From Chthoniobacterales bacterium (GTDB taxonomy: Bacteria > Verrucomicrobiota > Verrucomicrobiia > Chthoniobacterales > Chthoniobacteraceae): DNA of 64,000 bases. The position numbers and the translations under genes were made by a program. The notes below the pieces were generated by a model. The model had not been told where the DNA came from and did no database searches. It was given only the letters and a program-made list of their open reading frames with translations. Of the stretch, positions 1 through 10,295 are shown in pieces. Where the stretch lies: positions 160,001-224,000 of the forward strand of contig JBBQZX010000002.1 of assembly GCA_038207335.1 (NCBI GenBank), given 5' to 3'. Position 1 is the first letter of the stretch, and each line of letters opens with the position of its first letter.

Positions 1-2
1 GC

Positions 3-674
3 TGCCTCGCGTGGCTCGATTCACTCCCAGCGAGCGACCGCATCCAGATTGCCGCCGTGATGAAAAAGATCATCCATGGCCAGACGCTCGATCTGCAGCG
101 CTTCCCCGCTTCGGATAAAATAACCGCACTCAAATCCGCCGCGGAGCTCGATCAATACACGTATCTCGTCGCCGGTTGTGTGGGCGAATTTTGGACGCGC
201 ATCTGCCTCCAGCACCTCCCGAGATACTCTCATCTTCCGCCCGAAGAACTCTGCCGACTCGGCACTAATTTCGGCAAAGGACTCCAGCTCGTGAACATCA
301 TCCGCGACCTCCCCGCCGACCTCCGGGCGGGCCGCTGCTACCTCCCATCGGATCAATTTTCCACCCGTTGCCCGACCCCGGACGACCTTGTGTCCGAGCC
401 AATCTCCGCGCGTCCCGTCGTGGATCACTGGCTCGCGCAAGCCAGCGCACATCTCGCCGACGGACGCCTCTACATCGCCTCCCTCCGCTCGGCCCGTCTC
501 CGCGCTGGCTGTTTTCTGCCGTGGTATCTCGGCCTTAAAACCATCGCGCTCATGCGCGCTCACCCGCCGCTCGAGTCCGCGCAGAGAATCAAGGTTCCCC
601 GATCCACCGTCCGCACCGCGCTCGCGCTCGCGCTCCCTGTCGCATTCACGAACCGCGCGTTGCCCGCCGCTTAA
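3..674 (+). CDS. Squalene/phytoene synthase family protein (5' truncated by window edge)
   Basis: Frame open from base 3; motifs YTYLVAGCVGEFWT and GLQLVNIIRDLPADLRAGRCYLP of head-to-head prenyl synthases. Confidence 0.85.
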   Translation, partial: CLAWLDSLPASDRIQIAAVMKKIIHGQTLDLQRFPASDKITALKSAAELDQYTYLVAGCVGEFWTRICLQHLPRYSHLPPEELCRLGTNFGKGLQLVNIIRDLPADLRAGRCYLPSDQFSTRCPTPDDLVSEPISARPVVDHWLAQASAHLADGRLYIASLRSARLRAGCFLPWYLGLKTIALMRAHPPLESAQRIKVPRSTVRTALALALPVAFTNRALPAA

Positions 675-686
675 CTTCTCGCGACT

Positions 687-2486
687 TTATCGACCAGACG
701 CCGCGGTATCGGCGAGATAGGCTCGCCAGCCACCGTGCTCGGTGATGTCGATTCCGCCGTCGAGAGCGCAGGGCTCGCAGGCAAAACCTTTTGCAGTCGA
801 ACCGTCGGCGAGTTCGACGGTGCCAATGGTCATCGGTGCGGGGACTTCGGCCACGAATGAACCGAAAGCAGCTTCGCTCAATGCCCACACCTCGACTTCG
901 ATTCCGCGGGCTTGTGGGTCGGTGGTGCGGACAAGTCCGGGCTTCGGCGGCGTGGTATTTGCGAGCGCGTAGAGACGATACGTTGGCGCTGTTTGCGTTG
1001 CTTTCACAAACCGCGCACCGCGACTTGTGAGCTGGTGATTGAGCGGCATTCCGCTCAAGTGCGCGCCGACGACAGTGAGAAAAATATCGCGCGCAACAGG
1101 CGCGAAGACCTCCGGTTGATCGGCCATTTTCGCGCTCGTCACGCCGAGATTTCCGCCGCCCGCCCGATGAAGCCGATCACCGAGCGCGAGAAGTGCGCGA
1201 TCGGAGAATGCGGGTGCCATAAGCGTGACTCCGAATGGCAGGCCATCTCCGCGAAAGCCCCCCGGCACAGCGATGGCGGCAAGATCGAGCAAGTTCACAA
1301 AGTTTGTGTAAAAGCCGAGATTGGAGTTCAGCCGGATGGGGTCGGCCTGGACTTCAGCGATCGTGTAGGTGGTGCCGGCGGTCGGCAGCAGGAGCACGTC
1401 CATCCTCCCCCACTCCGCCCGCGCGGCGGCGGTGAGCGCCTGCAATTTGTAGGCGGCATCGAACGCATCCCGCGCGCTGTATTTGTCCGCTCCGCCGATG
1501 ACCGCGCGCACGGTCGGGTCCATCGCCTCCCCTTTCCGATCGAGAAAATCGCCGAGCGCGTGGCGCCGCTCTGCGACCCACGGCCCTGCGTACAGCAATG
1601 CCGCCGTCTCGCGAAAGGGCGCAAAGTCGATTTCCACGCGCTCGCATCCGAGCGCGGTCAGACGGGTTGCCGATTGCTCGAAAAGTCGCGCGGCATCGGC
1701 ATCACCAAAGAACTCGAGTTGGTCCGCCTTGGGCACGCCGAATCGCGGGCGCTCAGTCAGAACCCGATCGGTTAGCACGCGTGAGAATGCGTCTTCGGAA
1801 TCAGTGCCAGCAGCCGCATCGAACACCACACGCGCATCGGCGCTGCTGATCGCGAAAATCGAGACGCAGTCGAGCGAGCGGCATGCGGGGAAAACACCGC
1901 GCGTGCTGAGCACGCCTTTGCTCGGTTTGAGGCCGACGATGTTATTGAACGCCGCCGGCACGCGACCTGAACCCGCGGTGTCCGTGCCCAGCGAAAACGC
2001 AACCATTCCCGATGCCACGGCGACCGCGGAGCCGGAGCTCGATCCGCCGGAGATGTAGCGTGGATCGAAGACGGACGAGCATGCGCCATGCGGCGTCCGC
2101 GTCCCTACGAGGCCCGTTGCGAACTGATCCATATTAGTTTTTCCAATCGGAATCGCGCCCGCCGCCATGAGACGCTCGACCACGGTCGCCGAGCGTTCCG
2201 GCGTGAACGCAAACTCCGGACACGCCGCCGTGGTCGGCACGCCTGCGAGGTCAATGTTGTCCTTAATCGCAAACGGCACGCCGAACAGCGGAAGCTTTTC
2301 GATGTCTGAAGGCGTGAGCTTTTCCACGAAAGTCATCACCTCTTCCCGGCTCAACAGCGTGATCCAAACATGCGGTTGCGCGGCGCGCCGCAGCGCTTCA
2401 TCGATCACGTCCGAAACGGTCACAACGCCTTCGCGATACAGCTTTCGAAGCGTCGGAATGGTGAAATAAAGTTCGGAGAGATTCAT
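687..2486 (-). CDS. atzF: Allophanate hydrolase
   Basis: Amidase signature (KDNID, GGSSSGSA, GTDTAGSGRVPA) plus C-terminal VVGAHLSGMPLN domain; directly downstream of the carboxylase. Confidence 0.93.
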   Translation of the reverse strand: MNLSELYFTIPTLRKLYREGVVTVSDVIDEALRRAAQPHVWITLLSREEVMTFVEKLTPSDIEKLPLFGVPFAIKDNIDLAGVPTTAACPEFAFTPERSATVVERLMAAGAIPIGKTNMDQFATGLVGTRTPHGACSSVFDPRYISGGSSSGSAVAVASGMVAFSLGTDTAGSGRVPAAFNNIVGLKPSKGVLSTRGVFPACRSLDCVSIFAISSADARVVFDAAAGTDSEDAFSRVLTDRVLTERPRFGVPKADQLEFFGDADAARLFEQSATRLTALGCERVEIDFAPFRETAALLYAGPWVAERRHALGDFLDRKGEAMDPTVRAVIGGADKYSARDAFDAAYKLQALTAAARAEWGRMDVLLLPTAGTTYTIAEVQADPIRLNSNLGFYTNFVNLLDLAAIAVPGGFRGDGLPFGVTLMAPAFSDRALLALGDRLHRAGGGNLGVTSAKMADQPEVFAPVARDIFLTVVGAHLSGMPLNHQLTSRGARFVKATQTAPTYRLYALANTTPPKPGLVRTTDPQARGIEVEVWALSEAAFGSFVAEVPAPMTIGTVELADGSTAKGFACEPCALDGGIDITEHGGWRAYLADTAASGR

Positions 2487-2525
2487 AATTTCACGCGGCA
2501 GCGACTTTGAGCGAGCGCTCCCATT

Positions 2526-5500
2526 TCATTCCTCGACGAGAACGAGCAGCGCCTGTCCCGGATCGACCGTGCGGCCTTGCGCGCAGAGCAGCCGCTGCAC
2601 TTTCCCACGAGCGGGTGCGACGATCGCGGTCTCCATTTTCATCGACTCTAAAATCACCAGCTTGTCTCCTTCCTCCACCGCATCGCCCTCGCTCACGAAC
2701 ACCTGCCAGACGCTGCCCGGCAGTGGCGCGGAGACGACGCGGCCCCCCGGCGGCAGCTCGATTTCCGGGCGTGCAATTTCAGGCTCCGGATCTGCCTCCA
2801 CAAGGTCCTGCCCCGCTGCCGCCCATCGGTCGCGCTCGGCGGAAAAGGCGGCTCGTTGCGTTTGCCGAAAGGCCCCGATCGAGTCGGCGTTCTCAGCGAG
2901 GAAAGCCTGATATTCCGAGAGTCGAAATGTCGTCTCCTCGACCCGCACCTCGAAGCGGCCGTTCAGGAAATCGGCGCGATGCCGCAACAGCTCCTCCGCG
3001 CTCACGGGATAAAATCGAACCTGATCGAAGAACCGCAGCAACCACGGTTTTCCCGCCTCGAAATTCCGAGTACACCGCCATGGATTCCAGCACTGCACGG
3101 TGCGCCCGACGAACTGATAACCGCCCGGCCCCTCCATCCCGTAAATGCACATGTAAGCTCCGCCGATGCCGACCGCATTTTCCGGCGTCCAAGTGCGCGC
3201 CGGGTTGTATTTCGTGGTTACGAGCCGGTGCCGCGGATCGAGCGGTGTGGCGACCGGCGCCCCGAGATAAACATCGCCGAGCCCGAGCACGAGATAGCTT
3301 GCGTCAAAGACAATGCGCTTCACTTCCTCGATATCCGAAAGCCCGTTGATGCGGCGGATGAATTCCAAATTACTCGGGCACCACGGCGCGTCCGAACGCA
3401 CGGATTGCATGTATTTTTGGATCGCTAGCTGAGTCGCCGGGTCGTCCCACGAAAGCGGCAGATGAACGATGCGCGATGGAACTTCGGTCGCGTCGAGCGG
3501 CGGGAGTTGCGTTTCGGCCTGCTGCAGTTTTGCCAAAAGATCGCGCAGCGGAAGCACCCGCGCGTCGTAGTGAATTTGCAGCGATCGAATGCCAGGCGTG
3601 AGGTCGAGGATCCCGCGCAGATGATTCGCCTCGAGCCATTGCATCAGTGCGTGAACGCGAAAACGGAGGGCCAGATCGAGGACGAGTTCGCCGTATTCGA
3701 CGAGCAGATTTCGGTCTCCCGCGCGGCGATACGTGACCGGCACGCCGGCATCGGATGACTCTCGCAAAGGCGCAAAGGCGCAGAGATTGGGAGCAGAAAG
3801 CGGCTCGGGATCGGCGCTCATTGGGTCGTTCTCCGGCCTCGCGTTTATGCGGACCGAAGTCCGAATCTCTTGATCCTGAGCGGCTTCACGAGCGTTCGCA
3901 TCGTCGAGCGCGATGCGGATGAAACGGACGGTGTCGCCCGGCTTGAGCTGTCCCATTTTCCACAGCTCGCTCTGCACGATGCACGCCGGGCAGACGAATC
4001 CGCCGAGGCTCGGGCCGTCGGGGCCGAGGATGATTGGCATGTCGCCGGTGAAATCAACGGCGCCGATTGCGTACGCATTGTCATGGATGTTCGACGGATG
4101 CAGTCCCGCCTCGCCGCCATCGGTTCGCGCCCATTTCGGCTTCGGGCCGATCAATCGGACACCGGTGCGGTTCGAGTTGTAATGCACTTTCCAAGGCGTC
4201 GCGAAGAACATCGCGATGTCGGCGTCCGTGAAAAAATCCGGCGCACCGTGCGGCCCGTAGAGCACGCCGATTTCCCACTCATTCGTGTAGCTCGGGACGA
4301 GCGCCGTCGGAAGCGGAGCGGTAAAATCTGAGCGCTCAAGAATTCCCGACTCCACAGCGGCGAGATGCAAAACATCGCCGATCCGCAACGCGCGCCCGCC
4401 GTGACCGCCAAACTTCCCGAGCGTGAAAGTCGAGCGGCTGCCAAGGTATGCGGGCGTCTGAAATCCGCCCGTCACTGCAAGGTGCGCGCGCGCGCCCGGC
4501 CCGCTCACCGCGCGCATGCACAGCACATCGCCCGCGGCGACCCGATGCGCCGTCCAGCGCGCGAGCGGAATGCCATTCAGCTCGGCGGCAAAGTCCGCGC
4601 CGCACAACGCGATATGAGTCGGTACGTTGAAGCGCAGCGTGGGGCCGGTCATCACGATCTCGAGCGCCGCCGCGGATTCGGGATTGCCGATGATGCTGTT
4701 CGCGAGGCGGTGCGCAAGATGATCCATCGGACCCGAGGGCGGCACGCCGACCGCCCAAAATCCGATGCGCCCCGGGAAATCCTGCACAGTCGTTTGCGCG
4801 CCCGATTCAAGCACATCGACTGTGCGCGGCGCGTATGCGAAATCGGCCAGAAATCGCGTGGTGACTTGGCCCGCAGCAAATTGCGGCGTCGCGATGACTT
4901 CGCCCAAGTAGGCGAGATTGCACTCGATCCCCCCAAACACAGCAGCCGAAAGCGCGGCCTGCAAACGCGTGACTGCCTCCTCGCGACTCGGCGAGTGAAC
5001 GATGATCTTCGCGAGCATCGGATCGTAAAATTGCGTCACCTCAGTGCCGCTTTCAACCCACGTTTCGCACCGCGCGTTTTCGGGCAAAACAACCTCGGTA
5101 AGTGTTCCGCAGCTCGGCTGAAAATTTTTGTGAGGATCCTCTGCATAAACGCGGACTTGGATCGAATGGCCGCGCGGCGCGTGCGTGTAAGTGTCGAGGA
5201 AAGTGTCGTCGCCCGCCGCGAGCCGGACCATCCATTCGACAAGATCGACGCCGGTCACTTCCTCCGTCACGCCATGCTCGACCTGCAAACGCGTGTTCAC
5301 TTCGAGAAAATAAAACTCGCCGCTTTCCGCATCGAAAACGAACTCGACGGTGCCCGCGGAGCGATAGTTCACGGCCCGTCCCAGCTTCACCGCAGCGGCA
5401 AAAAGCTGAGCGCGCTGAGCGTCCGAAAGGCCCGGCGCAGGTGTCTCTTCGATCACCTTTTGATTCCGCCGCTGCGTCGAGCAATCCCGCTCCCCCAGCG

Positions 5501-6164
5501 CCACAACTCGCCCTTTTCCATCGCCGAAAATCTGCACCTCGATGTGCCGCGCACGTGCCACGAACTTCTCCAAAAATATGCCGGACTCCTTGAAGTTGCT
5601 GCGGCTCAACCGCTCCACCGAGGCGAACGCCTCCGCGAGTTCATTGCGATTTTCACACACGCGCATCCCGATGCCGCCGCCGCCCGCTGTGCTCTTCAGC
5701 ATCACGGGAAAGCCGATTCTCTCGGCCTCTACCATTGCGATCTCTGCGGTCGCGAGAAGGCCACTTCCGGGCAAAAGTGGCACTTCATTTTGCTCAGCAA
5801 TTTCCCGAGCGGTATGCTTCAAGCCAAAGCGCCGCATCTGCTCCGGCGTCGGCCCGATGAACTGGAAACCCGCTTGCTCACAGGCTTCCGCGAACTCCGC
5901 ATTTTCGCTCAAAAAGCCATATCCCGGGTGAATCGCCTGCGCGCCAGTCCGCCGCGCAGCGTCCAAAATCTTCTCCATGCGCAGATAGCTCTCACTCACA
6001 GGCGGCGGCCCGAGCAGCACACTTTCATCAGCATCGCGCACATGCAGCGAGTCGGCGTCCGCCTCGGAAAACACCGCCACCGCCCGGACTCCAAGCCGAT
6101 GCAGCGTGCGTGTGATGCGGCGCGAAATCACCCCGCGATTGGCAATGAGAACTTTGTCGAGCAT
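2526..6164 (-). CDS. uca: Urea/guanidine carboxylase (biotin-dependent)
   Basis: Biotin carboxylase N-terminus ([22 protein letters not shown]), carboxyltransferase ([21 protein letters not shown]), biotinyl motif ESMKME. Confidence 0.95.
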   Translation of the reverse strand: MLDKVLIANRGVISRRITRTLHRLGVRAVAVFSEADADSLHVRDADESVLLGPPPVSESYLRMEKILDAARRTGAQAIHPGYGFLSENAEFAEACEQAGFQFIGPTPEQMRRFGLKHTAREIAEQNEVPLLPGSGLLATAEIAMVEAERIGFPVMLKSTAGGGGIGMRVCENRNELAEAFASVERLSRSNFKESGIFLEKFVARARHIEVQIFGDGKGRVVALGERDCSTQRRNQKVIEETPAPGLSDAQRAQLFAAAVKLGRAVNYRSAGTVEFVFDAESGEFYFLEVNTRLQVEHGVTEEVTGVDLVEWMVRLAAGDDTFLDTYTHAPRGHSIQVRVYAEDPHKNFQPSCGTLTEVVLPENARCETWVESGTEVTQFYDPMLAKIIVHSPSREEAVTRLQAALSAAVFGGIECNLAYLGEVIATPQFAAGQVTTRFLADFAYAPRTVDVLESGAQTTVQDFPGRIGFWAVGVPPSGPMDHLAHRLANSIIGNPESAAALEIVMTGPTLRFNVPTHIALCGADFAAELNGIPLARWTAHRVAAGDVLCMRAVSGPGARAHLAVTGGFQTPAYLGSRSTFTLGKFGGHGGRALRIGDVLHLAAVESGILERSDFTAPLPTALVPSYTNEWEIGVLYGPHGAPDFFTDADIAMFFATPWKVHYNSNRTGVRLIGPKPKWARTDGGEAGLHPSNIHDNAYAIGAVDFTGDMPIILGPDGPSLGGFVCPACIVQSELWKMGQLKPGDTVRFIRIALDDANAREAAQDQEIRTSVRINARPENDPMSADPEPLSAPNLCAFAPLRESSDAGVPVTYRRAGDRNLLVEYGELVLDLALRFRVHALMQWLEANHLRGILDLTPGIRSLQIHYDARVLPLRDLLAKLQQAETQLPPLDATEVPSRIVHLPLSWDDPATQLAIQKYMQSVRSDAPWCPSNLEFIRRINGLSDIEEVKRIVFDASYLVLGLGDVYLGAPVATPLDPRHRLVTTKYNPARTWTPENAVGIGGAYMCIYGMEGPGGYQFVGRTVQCWNPWRCTRNFEAGKPWLLRFFDQVRFYPVSAEELLRHRADFLNGRFEVRVEETTFRLSEYQAFLAENADSIGAFRQTQRAAFSAERDRWAAAGQDLVEADPEPEIARPEIELPPGGRVVSAPLPGSVWQVFVSEGDAVEEGDKLVILESMKMETAIVAPARGKVQRLLCAQGRTVDPGQALLVLVEE
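3759..3787. repeat. Octamer tandem repeat CGCA(A/G)AG(G/A) x3 inside the carboxylase CDS
   Basis: cgcaaagg-cgcaaagg-cgcagaga; same unit as the intergenic inverted repeat at 55754-55816. Confidence 0.55.
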
Positions 6165-6805
6165 CAGTCCCAGATGAGCAGGCGCACGGGTGTCGGGTTA
6201 TAGCCGTTGCACGGGTTGTTGAGCTGCGGGCAGTTCGAGATGACTGCGAGCACGTCCGTCTCGGCGCGCATCTCGACATAACGGCCGGGAGCGGAGATGC
6301 CGTCGGCGAAAGTCAGACCGCCGTCAGGAGTCACCGGCACATTCATGAAAAAGTTGATGTTATTTGTGATGTCCCGCTTTTCCCACTCCGCGCCGCGCAG
6401 GCGCAGCGCGCGCCAGAAACTGTCGCGGCAGGCGTGCATGTGCCGCTTCTCCAGCGCATAGCGCACCATGTTGCTCTCGCACGCGCACGCTCCGCCCAGC
6501 GTGTCGTGGCGTCCGCAGGTGTCGGCGATGATCGTCAGCAGTGCATTCCCGCGCGTGGAAAAAAGGCGCGTGCCAGTGGTGAGGTAGATGTTCTCCTGTT
6601 CACGGATCGTGTCCTGCGCGCTGTAGCGGTCGGCTGGGTCGTGCAGGTCGTAAAAGAGAGTGTCAGCGGCTTGATTTCCCTCCAGGTCGACGATGCGAAA
6701 CGTCTGACCGCGCAGGATTTCGTTCGACCAGCCTTCTCCCGCCGGGAGCGTAAAGTCATAACTCGCTTGCTCAGCTTCAAGCGTGCTTTCGGTCAGTGTG
6801 TTCAT
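6164..6805 (-). CDS. cgdB: Urea carboxylase-associated DUF1989 protein (carboxyguanidine deiminase subunit B-like)
   Basis: Motifs [43 protein letters not shown]; coupled to uca. Confidence 0.85.
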   Translation of the reverse strand: MNTLTESTLEAEQASYDFTLPAGEGWSNEILRGQTFRIVDLEGNQAADTLFYDLHDPADRYSAQDTIREQENIYLTTGTRLFSTRGNALLTIIADTCGRHDTLGGACACESNMVRYALEKRHMHACRDSFWRALRLRGAEWEKRDITNNINFFMNVPVTPDGGLTFADGISAPGRYVEMRAETDVLAVISNCPQLNNPCNGYNPTPVRLLIWD

Positions 6806-7527
6806 TGAAAGTAACGCTCCGTCAGAATAAAGCCGCGTTCGTTTTCAGCGCATGAGTTGCGACATGTATCCGCTGCCGTGACCGGAGGTAAACTCCACAC
6901 GATCAAGCTCACGGACTTTGGAGCGTAGGTGGGTGAAGGATCGAGCGGATGCGGACAGGTATTCAGCACGACAATCACATTCATCTCGGCGCGAAGATCG
7001 ACGAATGCGCCAGCCTTTGAGCTGCCGGGGTGGTAGCTCATCGCCCCGAGATCATCGACCGTCACTTTGCCGAAAAAGTTGACGTTCATCGCAAGGTCGC
7101 GCTCCCCGAGATTGTATTTGCCGAGCTCGGTCAGGAACCCGTCGTGCGCATTGCGATGCCATTCGTTGCGGGCCTGCTGGTAAGTCAGTTCGCCATACTT
7201 TGCCGCGATGTTTCGTGCATTCGAGCAGCCTGTAAGCGGGTCGTGCCAGCCGCAGGTATCCTCGGTGATCGAGACCAGGATGCGACCCATGTCCGAGTAG
7301 AGGCACGCGCCTTTCGTAAGCTTCGCAATGTGCTGACACTTGAGCGTATCGGGCAGATTCAGGCGCTCGGATGGCAGCTCGAAGTTGTAGAAGAGCGCGG
7401 AGACATTGCCATCCCCTTCGAGGTCGATGACTCGGAGCGTGGTGCCGCGCTTGAGCACATGCGACCAGTTGGCGCCGGGCATCACGGTTTCGGTGAATCG
7501 GATGAGAGAAGGATCGAGTTCGGGCAT
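6802..7527 (-). CDS. cgdA: Urea carboxylase-associated DUF1989 protein (carboxyguanidine deiminase subunit A-like)
   Basis: Motifs [34 protein letters not shown]; overlaps the neighbouring DUF1989 gene. Confidence 0.85.
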   Translation of the reverse strand: MPELDPSLIRFTETVMPGANWSHVLKRGTTLRVIDLEGDGNVSALFYNFELPSERLNLPDTLKCQHIAKLTKGACLYSDMGRILVSITEDTCGWHDPLTGCSNARNIAAKYGELTYQQARNEWHRNAHDGFLTELGKYNLGERDLAMNVNFFGKVTVDDLGAMSYHPGSSKAGAFVDLRAEMNVIVVLNTCPHPLDPSPTYAPKSVSLIVWSLPPVTAADTCRNSCAENERGFILTERYFQ

Positions 7528-7967
7528 CAGTAGATCGGTGGGAGCACCGTCGAGGTGACATTGAGGTATCCGTGCTTCACGCCTTTGCAGGCGATCAGTT
7601 CGTCCGCGATGAGCTTCAGACGCACGCCCGGCGCTTGGGCCAGGATGACTTCTAGGCTGTGGTGGTTCTCAAGATGGACGTGCTGGGACGAGATGATCTC
7701 CTTCAAGTAGCGGTGCTGAATCTTCATCAAGCGGCTCTGCAACCCCGGCTTCGTGTGGTCGTAAATAATCGTGATCGTGCCCGCCATGACCTGACGCCCG
7801 AAGCGCTGTTGATGAGCGACGAGTTGCTCGCTGATCATCTTGGAAATGGCTTCCGAGCGGCTGGCATGGCCTTTTGCGGCGACCATCGCATCGAGCTGAC
7901 CGTGGAGTTCGACGGGAAGAGAGATGCTGATTCGTGCGGCGTTTTTGCGTTTTCGGATATTAGCCAT
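7527..7967 (-). CDS. NikR-family ribbon-helix-helix/ACT transcriptional regulator
   Basis: N-terminal RISISLP...SRSEAI RHH domain; C-terminal YDH..IQH..HVH..SLEV..KGVKHG resembles the NikR metal-binding domain. Confidence 0.85.
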   Translation of the reverse strand: MANIRKRKNAARISISLPVELHGQLDAMVAAKGHASRSEAISKMISEQLVAHQQRFGRQVMAGTITIIYDHTKPGLQSRLMKIQHRYLKEIISSQHVHLENHHSLEVILAQAPGVRLKLIADELIACKGVKHGYLNVTSTVLPPIY

Positions 7968-8021
7968 GAGCGGGGCGGAAGGCCAAAAGCAGTAAACGTG
8001 CGCACCGCTGAAACGCTCAGA

Positions 8022-8055
8022 TGAGTATTACTTGTTCCCTTATTCGTCCTACTCA
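8022..8055. promoter_or_regulatory. NikR-type operator 1 (GTATTA-N16-TCCTAC within TGAGTA...TACTCA inverted repeat)
   Basis: Half-sites 8025-8030 and 8047-8052 with exactly 16 bp spacer; E. coli NikR operator is GTATGA-N16-TCATAC. Confidence 0.6.
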
Positions 8056-8110
8056 CCACGTGGGCCTCCGGAACCGATTTGCGCACATCGGATGGCTCAC
8101 TTTGCGCATC

Positions 8111-8138
8111 GTGTGAAGAATCGCACCTTTCGTCATAC
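8111..8138. promoter_or_regulatory. NikR-type operator 2 (GTGTGA-N16-TCATAC)
   Basis: 11/12 match to GTATGA-N16-TCATAC with exact spacing, next to a NikR-family gene. Confidence 0.7.
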
Positions 8139-8218
8139 GCCACAATCAAGCAGGCAACGGCCTGCGGAAGCTGATGGCATCAGGGCTTCGAGACAATTTG
8201 CAGGGCCGGAGTGCCGGC

Positions 8219-8234
8219 TGGCACGGGTGCTGCA
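8219..8234 (+). promoter_or_regulatory. Sigma54 (-24/-12) promoter of ABC transporter operon
   Basis: TGGCACGGGTGCTGCA vs consensus TGGCAC-N5-TTGCA; GG/GC spacing exact; 47 nt before ATG 8282. Confidence 0.65.
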
Positions 8235-8281
8235 TACAGGCCGCGAACCGCTTCGCATCCACACTCACTCCACTTCGAACC

Positions 8282-9250
8282 ATGAAATTCAAAACTCTTC
8301 TCACCGCTGCACTTTCACTCGGCCTCGCCACCGCGCTTCAAGCCGAGACGTTGAAGATCGGATATTCCGATTGGCCGGGCTTCACCATCCTCGAAGTCGC
8401 CAAACAAAAAGGCTGGTTCAAGGAAGCTGGCGTCGATGTCGATCTGGTCTGGTTTGATTACCTGCCTTCGCTCGACGCGTTTGCCGCGGGCAAGGTGGAC
8501 GCTGTTACTGCGGTCGCGACCGATGCTCTCGTCAACGGGGCCAGCGGAGCGAAGAGCAAACTGATCGCGCTGCTCGATTTCAGCGAAGGCAGCGACATGA
8601 TCATCGGCGCGCCGGGCGTGACCTCGATCAAGGATTTGAAAGGAAAGAAAGTCGGGGTCGAACTTACGCTCGTCGAGCATCTGCTTTTGCTCAAAGCGCT
8701 GAAGGCGAACGGCATGAAGCCGAGCGACGTGACGCTGGTCAAGACGACCACCAACGACACGCCTCAGGTGCTTGCCAGCGGGAAAGTCGCGGCGATCGGC
8801 GCTTGGTATCCGGTATCGGGGCAGGCTCTCAAACAGGTTCCAGGATCGAAGGCGCTTTTCACGAGCGCCGATGCGAAAGGGCTGATTTACGACACCCTCG
8901 CGGTGAATCCTGTGAGCTATGCGAAGAACAAGGAGGACTGGGCAAAAGTGGTGTCGATCTACTACAAGTGCGTGGATTACCTCAAGGATCCGAAGACAGC
9001 CGACGATGCGGTGAAGATCATGGCGGCGAAAGTCGGAGCCACCGTGGAGGAATACGCGAAGAATGTTCCCGGCACTCACTTCCTCACGCTTGCGGAGGCG
9101 AAAGCGGCTTACAAAAAGGGTGATGGGCTGAATTCGATCTACGGGTCGATGGCGATCGGCAATCAGTTCAATCTCGACAACGAAGTCTATAAAGTGTCGC
9201 AGAAGCCCGAGGGCTACATCGTCCCGAGCGTGGTTACCGGGTTGAAGTAA
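8282..9250 (+). CDS. ABC transporter substrate-binding protein (NitT/TauT type, urea-carboxylase-associated)
   Basis: Signal peptide MKFKTLLTAALSLGLATALQA; IGYSDWPG, DFSEGSD, LKGKKVGVE motifs. Confidence 0.88.
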   Translation: MKFKTLLTAALSLGLATALQAETLKIGYSDWPGFTILEVAKQKGWFKEAGVDVDLVWFDYLPSLDAFAAGKVDAVTAVATDALVNGASGAKSKLIALLDFSEGSDMIIGAPGVTSIKDLKGKKVGVELTLVEHLLLLKALKANGMKPSDVTLVKTTTNDTPQVLASGKVAAIGAWYPVSGQALKQVPGSKALFTSADAKGLIYDTLAVNPVSYAKNKEDWAKVVSIYYKCVDYLKDPKTADDAVKIMAAKVGATVEEYAKNVPGTHFLTLAEAKAAYKKGDGLNSIYGSMAIGNQFNLDNEVYKVSQKPEGYIVPSVVTGLK

Positions 9251-9264
9251 ATCTCTTACGCCGG

Positions 9265-10278
9265 ATGGCGCATCGAGATTGGCTGGGCTTGAAAATGGAG
9301 CTGCCGCGGAAGCGGCGGCTCCTTCTCACGTTGCTCTCCTTTCTCGCACCGCTCGCGGTCTGGTGCGCAGTGAGCTATGTGACGTGGCTCTGGCATCCGC
9401 TGGTGCATATCACGGCGCAGGGGGATGTGGATTACTTTGCCGAGGACATGGATGTGGCGCGCGCGGACTTCGACCGGGAGTTGGCAAAGACCCGCGCGGA
9501 TGGCACGGCGCCGCCCGAAGGGTTTCGCGTGAATCCAGTCTATCTCCCCGCGCCTCATGAGGTGGCGCGCGCCTTCTACACGGCCTTCAAGACACCGCCG
9601 CGCATGGCCTCGGAGCCTTGGTTGCATGAAAGCCTGGGGCACAGTATTCGCACGATATTCTGGGGATTCGTGCTGTCATCGCTCTTTGGTGTTCCGCTGG
9701 GAATCTTGTGCGGATCGTACCGCTTTTTTTCGAGACTGCAGGAGCCCTTCATCGAGTTCTTTCGCTACCTTCCCGCGCCGGCATTCGGCGCGCTTTGCAT
9801 TGCCATTCTCGGTATCGATGACGCGCCAAAGATCGCGATCATCGTCATTGGCACATTCTTCCAACAGGTGCTCGTGATCGGCAATACGGTGCGAAAGGTC
9901 GATCCTGCGCTCATTGAAGCGGCGCAGACGCTTGGCGCATCCGGCTGGCAGCTCGTGCGGCGTGTCATCATCCCGGCATCGATCACCGACATCTACACGG
10001 ACATGCGCATCCTGCTCGGATGGGCCTGGACTTACCTCATCGTGGCGGAGGTCGTCGGCAGCATGTCGGGCATCACCTACTTCATCAATCAACAGGCACG
10101 CTATCGGAACTTCGACAACGTCTATGCAGCCATCATGATGATCGGCATCATCGGCTTTTCGTGCGACCTCTTCCTTGCGTGGTTGGGGACGGGATTGTTT
10201 CCTTGGAAAAGGAAATCGCGCTCCGGTTCGCGTATTTCCTTTTGGGACCGATTGCGTCCGAAGCTGATTCCCGCTTGA
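9265..10278 (+). CDS. ABC transporter permease (NitT/TauT type)
   Basis: Multiple TM segments; RYLPAPAF and EAAQTLGA (EAA loop). Confidence 0.9.
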   Translation: MAHRDWLGLKMELPRKRRLLLTLLSFLAPLAVWCAVSYVTWLWHPLVHITAQGDVDYFAEDMDVARADFDRELAKTRADGTAPPEGFRVNPVYLPAPHEVARAFYTAFKTPPRMASEPWLHESLGHSIRTIFWGFVLSSLFGVPLGILCGSYRFFSRLQEPFIEFFRYLPAPAFGALCIAILGIDDAPKIAIIVIGTFFQQVLVIGNTVRKVDPALIEAAQTLGASGWQLVRRVIIPASITDIYTDMRILLGWAWTYLIVAEVVGSMSGITYFINQQARYRNFDNVYAAIMMIGIIGFSCDLFLAWLGTGLFPWKRKSRSGSRISFWDRLRPKLIPA

Positions 10279-10295
10279 TCCACTAGCCCGTCGAG

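Noticed and set aside
4365..6203. Long antisense ORFs (also 19874..21301, 42906..44426, 52345..53754, 58547..60106, 61722..63245)
   Set aside because: Shadow frames of GC-rich genes on the opposite strand, with no motifs
8078..8110. ttgcgca...tttgcgca as NtrC binding sites
   Set aside because: Spacing does not fit TGCAC-N7-GTGCA; too weak to call
8149..8190. Two hairpins (gcaggc-aacg-gcctgc; ctgat-ggc-atcag) as a guanidine-II riboswitch or ANTAR motif
   Set aside because: Loops are not twin ACGR tetraloops or twin 6-nt ANTAR loops, and they lie upstream of the predicted sigma54 start
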